DNA from: an uncultured Dehalococcoidia bacterium
GTDB lineage: Bacteria; Chloroflexota; Dehalococcoidia; SZUA-161; SpSt-899
Direction: 5' to 3'
DNA: 53,397 nt
Assembly (NCBI GenBank): GCA_964548045.1
Contig: CAZJQZ010000001.1
Span: 21,523-74,919 of the forward strand
Position 1 is the first letter of the stretch. Every line of letters starts with the position of its first letter. The position numbers and the translations under genes were made by a program. A model generated the notes under the pieces. That model was not told the DNA's origin and made no database searches. It saw nothing but the letters and a program-made list of their open reading frames with translations. Below are positions 21,472 through 29,335 of the stretch, in pieces.

Positions 21472-22227
21472 ATGACCCAGAATCAGGCTCAGAGTAAACT
21501 GGCAGTGCTTATCGATGCGGATAATGCTCAACCTGCAATTCTCGAAGGTTTGATTGCCGAAATTGCCAAGTACGGGGTTGCCAGCGTGAAGAGAATCTAT
21601 GGCGATTGGACCAATCCTAAACTAAAAGGGTGGAAAGATGTTCTTCTGGAATATGCCATCCATCCTATCCAGCAATTCGGCTATACTTCGGGTAAGAATG
21701 CCACCGACAGCGCCATGATCATTGATGCAATGGATTTGCTCTACACCGAGAAGCTTGACGGTTTTTGTATTGTTTCCAGCGATAGCGATTTCACCCGGCT
21801 GGCATCGAGAATTCGCGAAGCAGGCCTGATGGTCCTGGGGTTTGGGGAAAAGAAAACTCCCAAACCGTTTGTTGGTGCTTGCGATAAGTTCATCTATACG
21901 GAAATCCTGCGCAAGGGCGATGCATCTATCGTCTCACTGAAGGCAAAGACCAGTTTAACAAAGCTTCGGAGTGATACGAAGTTGGTAAATCTTCTAAGAG
22001 GAGCTGTGGAGAATGCGGCCGGTGAAAGCGGCTGGGCCTATCTGGGTAATGTGGGACACAGCATATCCAATCAAGCTCCCGAGTTTGACCCCCGAAATTA
22101 TGGCTACATCAAGCTGGGAGAATTAATACGTGCCATCGGACTGTTCGAGATAAACGAACACAGTTCCGAAAACTCACCCGCCAAATCAGTGTATGTGCGA
22201 GACAAGCGCAAGAAAGCCGTGACGTGA
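21472..22227 (+). CDS. NYN (LabA-like) nuclease domain protein with C-terminal OST-HTH/LOTUS domain
   Basis: N-terminal LAVLIDADNA...KNATDSAMIIDAMDLLY...FCIVSSDSDFTRLASRIREAG. C-terminal about 70 aa has LVNLLRGAVEN...GWAYLGNVGHSI...FDPRNYGYIKLGELI. Confidence 0.8.
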   Translation: MTQNQAQSKLAVLIDADNAQPAILEGLIAEIAKYGVASVKRIYGDWTNPKLKGWKDVLLEYAIHPIQQFGYTSGKNATDSAMIIDAMDLLYTEKLDGFCIVSSDSDFTRLASRIREAGLMVLGFGEKKTPKPFVGACDKFIYTEILRKGDASIVSLKAKTSLTKLRSDTKLVNLLRGAVENAAGESGWAYLGNVGHSISNQAPEFDPRNYGYIKLGELIRAIGLFEINEHSSENSPAKSVYVRDKRKKAVT

Positions 22228-22279
22228 GAGTTCGAGAATGCCCATCCGGTTTGTTTGCGAAAATTGAGTGCCAGCATGG

Positions 22280-22308
22280 TTGCAAATGATTTGAATATGC
22301 TGTAAACT
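22280..22308 (+). promoter_or_regulatory. possible promoter of the Zn-ribbon/RRM unit
   Basis: TTGCAA (22280-22285), 17 nt, TAAACT (22303-22308). It would give a leader of roughly 125 nt. Confidence 0.35.
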
Positions 22309-22390
22309 CTCAACATAAATGGCACAACAAGGTTACCCATTCCATAAGTCGTACCTCCTCAGGTTTTCCCCGGGCAAGGTTCCACAAAGG

Positions 22391-22440
22391 CATTGGATGA
22401 CCAAGTTTAGCCTAATTCAACAAAAGGAGGTCATCCAATG
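22391..22440 (+). promoter_or_regulatory. leader hairpin occluding SD end and start codon of the Zn-ribbon gene
   Basis: CATTGGATGACC (22391-22402) is the perfect reverse complement of GGTCATCCAATG (22429-22440). The 3' arm contains the last GG of AAGGAGG and the ATG at 22438-22440. Loop is 26 nt. Confidence 0.5.
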
Positions 22441-22734
22441 AGTTTCACCGATAAGGAACTGCAATGTGCCGATTGCGGGGCAACCTTCACCTTCACTGCC
22501 GGGGAGCAGGAGTTCTTTGCCACCAAGGGTTTCACCAACGAACCCAAGCGTTGCCCGGAGTGCCGCACAGCAAGAAAAACAGAACGGGGTGGTTTCGGCG
22601 GCCCGCGCCGGATGTATCCCGCAGTTTGCGCTGCATGCGGAACCGAAACTGAAGTACCGTTCGAGCCCCGAGAAGGCAGACCCGTGTATTGCAGGGAGTG
22701 CTACGCTGCATCTAAAACAGGCAATCAATGGTAG
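22438..22734 (+). CDS. Zn-ribbon protein (CxxC...CxxC x2), paralog 1
   Basis: 98 aa. LQCADCGATFTFTAGEQEFFATKGFTNEPKRCPECR then VCAACGTETEVPFEPREGRPVYCRECY. Paralog of 34702..34980. Confidence 0.8.
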   Translation: MSFTDKELQCADCGATFTFTAGEQEFFATKGFTNEPKRCPECRTARKTERGGFGGPRRMYPAVCAACGTETEVPFEPREGRPVYCRECYAASKTGNQW

Positions 22735-22798
22735 TTGACTAGAGTTTTGGGAAAAGGGGCAAATTAAATATTGGCCCTGGAAGAGGTGTCATTAGTTT

Positions 22799-23092
22799 AT
22801 GAACATCTATATCGGCAATCTTGCCCGAGAGATAACTGAAGCAGAATTGCGCGAACAGTTCGAGGCTTTCGGGAAGGTTGTCTCGGTAAATCTTATCAAA
22901 GATAGACGCAGTGGCGTCTCCAGAGGTTTTGGCTTCGTTGAGATGGAATCGCCAGAGGAAGGAACGGCAGCCATAAACGGGCTCAAGGATACGATGCTGG
23001 ATGGACGCACTATGGACGTTACCGAATCGGCTCCCCAAGGCAAAGGTAAAAAGGGTGGTTTCAAGGGTGGCGGCAAGAAACGCCGCAGATAA
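22799..23092 (+). CDS. RRM-type RNA-binding protein with Gly/Lys-rich tail
   Basis: RNP2 IYIGNL, RNP1 RGFGFVEM, C-terminal GKGKKGGFKGGGKKRRR. Confidence 0.9.
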   Translation: MNIYIGNLAREITEAELREQFEAFGKVVSVNLIKDRRSGVSRGFGFVEMESPEEGTAAINGLKDTMLDGRTMDVTESAPQGKGKKGGFKGGGKKRRR

Positions 23093-23163
23093 TAAGACCG
23101 TATTTTTAAGATATATTTTAGATTTTTAGAAAGTTTTACAAATCTATCTTACTCAAGTAACGC

Positions 23164-23196
23164 AAAAGGGCAGGGTTAATCCCTGCCCTTTTTATT
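23164..23196. terminator. bidirectional intrinsic terminator between convergent RRM and wtpA genes
   Basis: AAAGGGCAGGG-TTAAT-CCCTGCCCTTT followed by TTATT on the plus strand. A-run/T-run symmetry makes it usable on both strands. Confidence 0.7.
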
Positions 23197-23227
23197 AGCA
23201 TCTGTCCAATTTGATCTATCTCATTCC

Positions 23228-24211
23228 TTATTCAGCTTCCACCGCCAGAGACTGTAACTGCGTTGGCAACTTGCTCAAGTCATTGGCAACAGCCGGAACA
23301 ATCGAAGGTTGGCCATTGAGATTCATAATCGCCTGTCCCTTTTCGCCCAACAGATATTCCATGAATGCCAGACCAAGCTCAGGATTATCCGTGTTAGTCG
23401 GGATGGTCACACCATAAACGATAGGTTTGCCGATCTTGGCAATCGTTTCTCCCGGTTCCTTGCCGGGAATATCAACCGTGGACTGGGCATAGAAATCTTT
23501 GTGCTCAACAGCAGATAGATCGATCTCTGCCGGGAATTCGATATATCTCAAATTGTGCTGCATGGCCACAGAACTATACTCAGAAGCATAATCAAGGTCG
23601 CCGCTCTCGAGAAGAGCTACCAGTTGCACGGATTTGGGCCGGATGTTCTTATCGGGGCAATTCTCCATCAGGTTGTCATACAATCCCGGTTGCCCGTAGT
23701 ACTCTTCGGCAAGCTGCCAGACCAGCAGTGTGCGATAGCCGCAGGGATCAAGCAGGTCGGAATGACCATATTCGACGCCATCGCGCAACAATATCTCGTA
23801 CCAGTTGTCTGAATTTATCTCATCAGCGTACTCGGACTGATCTGTGTAACAGAGCACCATCCGGTTTTTAGCGAAGGTAACATACCAGTCCGCATAATCC
23901 GGAAACATCAGATCGGGGATGAGGGAGTAGTCCGCCGAGGCAACTATCTGGGCATTCTTTCCCAGTTCAGTGACTTTTCTAATAGTGACTCCGCTGGAAG
24001 CCGATTCGCACTGGACATCCACTCCGGGATACATCTGCTCAAACTCATCCTCCATCTGGCTGAAGGGCACCGCTAGGCTGCCGGCATGCAAAACGGTCAG
24101 CGTACCGCTTAATCCGGATTCCGATTCATCGTCGCTGCACCCGGCGAACAACGTCAGGGCAATGATAATTATCAATGGAATAAAGGTAATTTTCGTCATG
24201 TTTTTTTTCAT
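23228..24211 (-). CDS. wtpA: tungstate/molybdate ABC transporter substrate-binding lipoprotein (WtpA-like)
   Basis: Lipobox LTLFAGC. LTVLHAGSL...TIRKVTELGK...DPCGYRT...ESGDLDY...KPIVYGVTIP is collinear with archaeal WtpA as I recall it. Start trimmed to ATG 24209-24211 behind GAGGAG. Confidence 0.72.
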   Translation of the reverse strand: MKKNMTKITFIPLIIIIALTLFAGCSDDESESGLSGTLTVLHAGSLAVPFSQMEDEFEQMYPGVDVQCESASSGVTIRKVTELGKNAQIVASADYSLIPDLMFPDYADWYVTFAKNRMVLCYTDQSEYADEINSDNWYEILLRDGVEYGHSDLLDPCGYRTLLVWQLAEEYYGQPGLYDNLMENCPDKNIRPKSVQLVALLESGDLDYASEYSSVAMQHNLRYIEFPAEIDLSAVEHKDFYAQSTVDIPGKEPGETIAKIGKPIVYGVTIPTNTDNPELGLAFMEYLLGEKGQAIMNLNGQPSIVPAVANDLSKLPTQLQSLAVEAE

Positions 24212-24296
24212 CGGGTAAAACTCCTCATTTTGCTGCATTGATCCTGTGAAAAAATCCTGCTCACTTACAAGAGACACATAGCCATGTGCCCCCTGC

Positions 24297-25343
24297 TTAA
24301 AACACATGGACAGCCGATGCCTTGAACGTTACATGAACCTCACCTCCTTCCTTGAGTTCCATCTCGGCAAAAGAGCGTCGGGTTACCATACAAATCAGGT
24401 CCGGCGGCACGCTCACTGTGAGATAAAGAATTGAGCCCTTATCGAGCACCCGAGTAATTTTGCCCTTAAATGAATTACGCGCACTGGATTTGAAAGGCTC
24501 CGCTGAAACCAAAATGTCCTCAGGGCGAAGAGACAGGTGGCATTTCCCTCTCAGGTCTGTTAAAACCTCCAGCCTTGTCTCGCCAACGATGGCAAAAGCG
24601 CCCCCATCATCGCCGTCCTGTACATCAGCAACAGTGATGTTTCGGGCCAGGGCAAATCGGGCTACGAACTCTGAACCGGGCTTATGGAATATCTCTTCGG
24701 GGTTCCCGACCTGCCTGATCCTTCCCTCACCAATAACGGCAATCCGGTCCCCCAGAGATACCGCCTCTTCGAAATCGTGTGTCACGTGGAGGACGGTCAA
24801 ATTCAACCGCTCGTGCAATCGGCGGAGTTCTCTCTGAACCTTTTCTTTTCCGGCCGGATCAAGGGCGCTCAGAGGTTCGTCAAGCAGCAGTACTCGTGGT
24901 TCCATGACCAGCGCCCGCGCCAGCGCTACCTTCTGTTTCTCGCCGCCGCTCAGTGTTTCTGGCTTTCTACCGAGCAAATGTGAAATCCCCAGAAAATCAA
25001 CCACCCACGCTACTTCAGACCTGGCCTCCTTTTTCGATCTTCCCTGACGCCTGAGCCCGAAGATGATATTATCCATCACTTTTAGATGCGGGAAAAGAAC
25101 GTGATCCTGATAAACAAATCCGACCCCCCGGTTTTCAGGTTCGAGCTTCATTATCTCCTGTCCATCCAGCCATATTTCACCGTGTTTGGCCGGATAGAGC
25201 CCGGCAATAGTCTCCAGCAGCACCGTCTTCCCCGAGCCGGTCGGCCCAAGAATTACGAAGTACTCTCCCGATTGCACATGCAGGTTGACATCTTTCAAAT
25301 TGAAATCGCCCAGGTCAACAGAGAGGTCTCGTATTTCAATCAT
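24297..25343 (-). CDS. wtpC: ABC transporter ATP-binding protein (WtpC/ModC-like with C-terminal TOBE-like domain)
   Basis: Walker A GPTGSGKT, signature LSGGEKQKVALARAL, Walker B LLLDEP. ATG 25341-25343 overlaps the permease stop (ATGA). Confidence 0.8.
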   Translation of the reverse strand: MIEIRDLSVDLGDFNLKDVNLHVQSGEYFVILGPTGSGKTVLLETIAGLYPAKHGEIWLDGQEIMKLEPENRGVGFVYQDHVLFPHLKVMDNIIFGLRRQGRSKKEARSEVAWVVDFLGISHLLGRKPETLSGGEKQKVALARALVMEPRVLLLDEPLSALDPAGKEKVQRELRRLHERLNLTVLHVTHDFEEAVSLGDRIAVIGEGRIRQVGNPEEIFHKPGSEFVARFALARNITVADVQDGDDGGAFAIVGETRLEVLTDLRGKCHLSLRPEDILVSAEPFKSSARNSFKGKITRVLDKGSILYLTVSVPPDLICMVTRRSFAEMELKEGGEVHVTFKASAVHVF

Positions 25344-26128
25344 TTCCTCTGCCCTCCCTGTGAGATGTAGCGCAGCACAACAAACACGGTGAGGCAAACA
25401 AGGATGAGAAGCACCGCTACCGGCCGTGACCAGTTCAGGCCATATGATTCAAAGCGCTCGTAAACCAGAATGGAAGCGATTCTGGGATGGTAGGTCAGGA
25501 CCAGTACAGCCCCGAACTCGCTTATTCCCCGGGCCCACATCATCACACTCCCGGAGAGAATACTCCGCCAGGCAAGAGGAAGGGAAATCCTGAAGAAAGC
25601 CTGAGCGGGAGAAGCCCCCAGGGTACGAGCAACTTTTTCCAGCCTGGGGTCCACGCTTTTGAAACCTTCCTTGGTTGCATCGATCAGGAAGGGAATGCTG
25701 ACGAACATCATGGCGATGATAATTCCGGCAATCTCCCCGACGAAGTCGATATGCATCACATGAAAAATTTCTCCAAGGAACGAATTCCTCCCGAAGACAA
25801 ACAGTAGCGCAATACCGGCTGCCACGTGTGGCACCACAATGGGCACATCCACGATCCCCTCGATGATCTTTTTGCCGGGAAAATTACGCCGGGCCAGCAG
25901 ATAGGCCAGCGGCACCCCGAACAGTAACCCGAAAACGGTGGCGAAAAGCGAGGCGTAAATTGTCAGCCAGATTGCCTCGCGGACCTCGTCCTCGACAAGG
26001 GTATCCCACAAGGTTCCGGGGTCGGAGGAGAAGATCATGTTTGCCAGCGGCCAGATGATGAAAAGCAGCATCACCAGCCCCAGCACTGCGAACGTGAAGG
26101 TGAATTTGTGTCTGAATATTTCGGTCAT
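25340..26128 (-). CDS. wtpB: ABC transporter permease (WtpB/ModB-like)
   Basis: 262 aa, multi-TM, with an EAA-like loop (IDATKEGFKSVDPRLEKVARTLGASP). Confidence 0.8.
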   Translation of the reverse strand: MTEIFRHKFTFTFAVLGLVMLLFIIWPLANMIFSSDPGTLWDTLVEDEVREAIWLTIYASLFATVFGLLFGVPLAYLLARRNFPGKKIIEGIVDVPIVVPHVAAGIALLFVFGRNSFLGEIFHVMHIDFVGEIAGIIIAMMFVSIPFLIDATKEGFKSVDPRLEKVARTLGASPAQAFFRISLPLAWRSILSGSVMMWARGISEFGAVLVLTYHPRIASILVYERFESYGLNWSRPVAVLLILVCLTVFVVLRYISQGGQRK

Positions 26129-26138
26129 AATTCATTCC

Positions 26139-26945
26139 TCATATTATTTTTCCCCACCAGATTAACGCCCAGGTTGTGGACGTATCCCGGCAAAGATAGC
26201 CGGATTCATCCGTTAACTCGTTTTGCACAAGTAATGCAATTTGCTCACTCGCTTGTTCATTTTCAATTCGATAGCCCCTCGTGGCAGCCTCAACTGCTTG
26301 CTCTATGGTTTCGAATTTATGCGTTCCGGCTGCTTCAAAAATATCCACATGGGCATTTATTCCCATACTTTCGAGCATGCCGGGAATGATGCTGTATTCC
26401 GGCAGCGGATAGTATTCCTTCCCCAGAATTTCGCAGATACGGGGATCGAGTTCCTTTCTGTTGACAATCCAGGTCAGATAGCAAAATTGCCTGGCCGCCC
26501 GATCCATCTGTTCCAGGAATTTCTGCAAAGGTATCATTTGCCGGAAGCGCGAGGCCAGAACTATATCGTGCTGCTCAATATCAGCGCCGATTTCGATCTG
26601 GAACCAGTCTTCGTTCACGAACTGCAGGTTGCCCAACCCTTCTTTCATGGCCCTGCCAGTAAGCGAAAACAGCAGTCCCGGATCAGAATCGAGGGCAGTT
26701 ACCTGTCGGACTCTCTTCGCCATCCGAACCGAAATCGCCCCGTCCCCACAACCTACATCCAGTACGGAGGATTCCGCCGAAAGCGCCATCCGCGCCAGCA
26801 GTTCATCAACGTAGTTGCTTGTCCTGATGCCAATTGAAGGCAACCGGGTTCGTTCGTAGAGAAAGTCGGGATCATCCCATTTAAGGAAACTGAGCTTCAT
26901 TTGCTGTTCCCAGATCGCGCCCCAGTCAGTTGCACTATTAGCCAC
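26139..26945 (-). CDS. class I SAM-dependent methyltransferase
   Basis: Motif I VLDVGCGDGAIS. GTG start 5 nt after GGAGG. Its stop lies 10 nt before the wtpB ATG. Confidence 0.72.
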   Translation of the reverse strand: MANSATDWGAIWEQQMKLSFLKWDDPDFLYERTRLPSIGIRTSNYVDELLARMALSAESSVLDVGCGDGAISVRMAKRVRQVTALDSDPGLLFSLTGRAMKEGLGNLQFVNEDWFQIEIGADIEQHDIVLASRFRQMIPLQKFLEQMDRAARQFCYLTWIVNRKELDPRICEILGKEYYPLPEYSIIPGMLESMGINAHVDIFEAAGTHKFETIEQAVEAATRGYRIENEQASEQIALLVQNELTDESGYLCRDTSTTWALIWWGKII

Positions 26946-27264
26946 TCAGGCCTCCTTTTTGCAAATGGGGATAACACGACCTCGAAGTCTGGTGGAGGAA
27001 TGTGGAATTCAAGCAGAAGGTAAAACGAAAGCGCCGCATCGCTCTTGATGGGCGCTCAATTACATGCCTTCAGTTTCCATTCATACTCTCCTTTCCAAAC
27101 ATGGGAGGTGCGAGCATTTCTCCCCGCGCCCTCGGGACTTGCCGTCCACCGTCTGTGGGCCATGTCCGCCTGAGGCGAGTTTAGGCCGCACAGCTCGAAG
27201 AGCTATAGTCGATTACGCTGATATCTTAACGGATTTCAGAGGGAAGGTCAATTAATCCTGTATA

Positions 27265-27605
27265 TTGGTAGTGGGTCAATTTGAAAAACGCTATTCCCCG
27301 GCAACTTGTATAGGTGCAGCGAAAAGGAAGGTGCACGGGAAACCCGACCCTGCGCATGTATCAAAAAGTTATGCTGAACGCGAGAATTTGACAATACGAA
27401 TGAGTATGAGACGTTTCACTAATTTGACCAACGAATTCTCAAAGAAAGTGGGGACCATGAATACCTAATAGTCCTTTACTTCATGCACTACAACTTTGCC
27501 AGACCACATAAAACACTTACTACAAATGCATCATTGCCTGCTATGGCAGAAAGTGTTACCCATCATGTATGGACAATTCAGGAAATCACGGAACTAACAG
27601 GTTAA
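27265..27605 (+). pseudogene. C-terminal remnant of an IS (IS1-family-like DDE) transposase, frameshifted
   Basis: Frame 1 gives ...[32 protein letters not shown]... and ends in TAA TAG. A shifted frame continues LYFMHYNFARPHKTLTTNASLPAMAESVTHHVWTIQEITELTG*. This matches the conserved C-terminus (..ERQNLTMRM.MRRFTRLTNAFSKK...YNF.R.H.TL..TPAMAAG) of a transposase family I recall as IS1-like. No N-terminal part is present. Confidence 0.6.
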
Positions 27606-27620
27606 ATTTGTTAAGGCTCA

Positions 27621-28286
27621 TCAAAATAAGGATATCCCCCACCCTACTATAATACATATAATACCGATAACCAAACCCTCTCTTATTCGTTGCCCCTTCC
27701 CTCGCTTTTCTGATTCTTGCTTGCGCGTATGGTGCTCTACTAGAGCCGGTTTCTTACTAATAATGCGCTTAAATAAATCTTTCAATTCGGCAGCTATTTC
27801 CCCGTACTTTACAATATTAGCCTCATCCTTTGCAGTAACATCCTTCTCCATTCGTAATTCCACTATATCATTGTTTAACAATTCTTCTAGCCTTGGCCTT
27901 ATTTCACTGTAATATTCCGGCATAACGGCTTGTATAGTTTCATTTGAGAAGCCATCCATTTCAGTGAGAATACGTCCCTTGAGCGTTATCGATACCCAGT
28001 CAAGGGTATCGTAAGCAGCCCTATATACATGCCCATACGATTTATCAAGGTTCGCTGTAACGTAGTTGTTTTGCTCGGTTGGCCGGTGTTCCCCAAGCTT
28101 ATATAGAATAACTCGCACAAGGTGGTCTAAACAATTTCGCAACTCATTTATTGGCTGAAGAAGGGTCCTATTCTCAGGGTCGGCTTGTTCTCCAAAGAGA
28201 AGTAACTCTTTAGTTACATTATGATACCGTGCTATCTTCCTAATTCTTTCGGTTTGTTCAACGTCGAACTGCAGGTTATTGTCCAT
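27621..28286 (-). CDS. hypothetical protein, helical, C-terminal TM anchor, single Rx4H motif
   Basis: 221-aa ORF in a visibly AT-rich stretch. RNCLDH at residues 50-55. Basic stretch then GLVIGIICIIVGWGISLF at the C-terminus. No family recognised. Confidence 0.55.
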   Translation of the reverse strand: MDNNLQFDVEQTERIRKIARYHNVTKELLLFGEQADPENRTLLQPINELRNCLDHLVRVILYKLGEHRPTEQNNYVTANLDKSYGHVYRAAYDTLDWVSITLKGRILTEMDGFSNETIQAVMPEYYSEIRPRLEELLNNDIVELRMEKDVTAKDEANIVKYGEIAAELKDLFKRIISKKPALVEHHTRKQESEKRGKGQRIREGLVIGIICIIVGWGISLF

Positions 28287-28303
28287 TTTACCTATCTCAT
28301 TTT

Positions 28304-28335
28304 AAACAAAGGGGCACATATGTGCCCCTTTGTTT
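28304..28335. terminator. perfect 15-bp-arm palindrome (terminator or operator)
   Basis: AAACAAAGGGGCACA-TA-TGTGCCCCTTTGTTT lies between the stop of 28374..28583 and the start of 27621..28286. Confidence 0.5.
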
Positions 28336-28373
28336 AAATCATACTATAACAAATAGTAATAAGCTTTATTTAC

Positions 28374-28583
28374 TTAAGGAAGGTCTTGGCTGTCCAACTC
28401 TTCCCGCTTTTGCTCCCACTCTTCTATCGTATAAAACAATCCTGCAGACATCCTGATACTACCGCGATTTTTAAGTGCATACTTAGCCGTAAGCGCTTTA
28501 TCAAATTTTGGACTGTCAGGCTCTACGTCAACCACATCCATATCACCACAAAACAAACCTTCCAATACGCTTATATCTGCCAT
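28374..28583 (-). CDS. hypothetical small protein (69 aa)
   Basis: ATG 28581-28583 follows AGGAGGAAAA (MADISVLEGLFCGDMDVV...). No family recognised. Confidence 0.5.
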   Translation of the reverse strand: MADISVLEGLFCGDMDVVDVEPDSPKFDKALTAKYALKNRGSIRMSAGLFYTIEEWEQKREELDSQDLP

Positions 28584-28814
28584 TTTTCCTCCTTTTCTGA
28601 GCCCAACTCTCCACATCCTTGGAAAACCGTCCCCTAAAACTCAGAAAAGCCCCCTTTGAGGATTGGTAGTTGCTCCCTTTCCACTTACCTTGATTGATAC
28701 TAAACAAATTCTACCCAAAATGTCAAGTAGTATTCGCGTTTCCTCTTTTTACATTCCATAATGAGAGACGTCCTTTATTATATATTAGTTCCGGTATCAA
28801 TTCAAATTGCCCCA

Positions 28815-29147
28815 CTACCTGTAAATTACCCGATGCCAGTCATTGTAGCAATAAATCCCCTGCCAGGCCACGCCTGCGAGCAGGCCAAAGAATACTTCCG
28901 GGGGAATGTACATGAAGATATTTTCTGCCAGGCCGATGAGCATTAAGAGGGAAAAGAAAAGCCAGTGGTGCAGGTGAAACTTGAAACCTTTTACCGGGAT
29001 CACAACTGATTTCAGTTTGCCGGACATTCCCTCCTGCTTGCCGCCAGTGAATTTAGCGATTAGAAATCCGGAAATCAGGCAAAGGATGGAAAGGTAGCTG
29101 AAAACGGCCCCGACGGATAATCCTGTGAACATGACCAACTGTTTCAT
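28815..29147 (-). CDS. hypothetical membrane protein
   Basis: About 110 aa with three hydrophobic segments (LVMFTGLSVGAVFSYLSILCLISGFLIA, WLFFSLLMLIGLA, VFFGLLAGVAWQGIY). Start uncertain (29147 or 29204). Confidence 0.5.
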   Translation of the reverse strand: MKQLVMFTGLSVGAVFSYLSILCLISGFLIAKFTGGKQEGMSGKLKSVVIPVKGFKFHLHHWLFFSLLMLIGLAENIFMYIPPEVFFGLLAGVAWQGIYCYNDWHRVIYR

Positions 29148-29335
29148 GTATGCATCTCTATTATTGGGCCTGGCACTTTTCTGGGCAATGGGGAAAACCC
29201 TCAAAATCTATGGGGTATTTCTTTGTTTTTGGCAAGGGACATGACTTAGAAAGGTGTGGTGACGATCAAAAGCAGGTGAGCACTTTTTGGGCAGTGAGCG
29301 TCTTTGTTACAGGAGCACTGCTGAAAGGAGGGATC

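Noticed and set aside
98-29204. N-terminal extensions in the ORF track (rplA, rplK, AMMECR1, MEMO, wtpA, wtpC, UPF0280, dodecin, the 69-aa protein and others)
   Set aside because: Internal ATGs preceded by SD sequences match the family-typical N-termini. They also remove overlaps with upstream genes, so I used the shorter coordinates.
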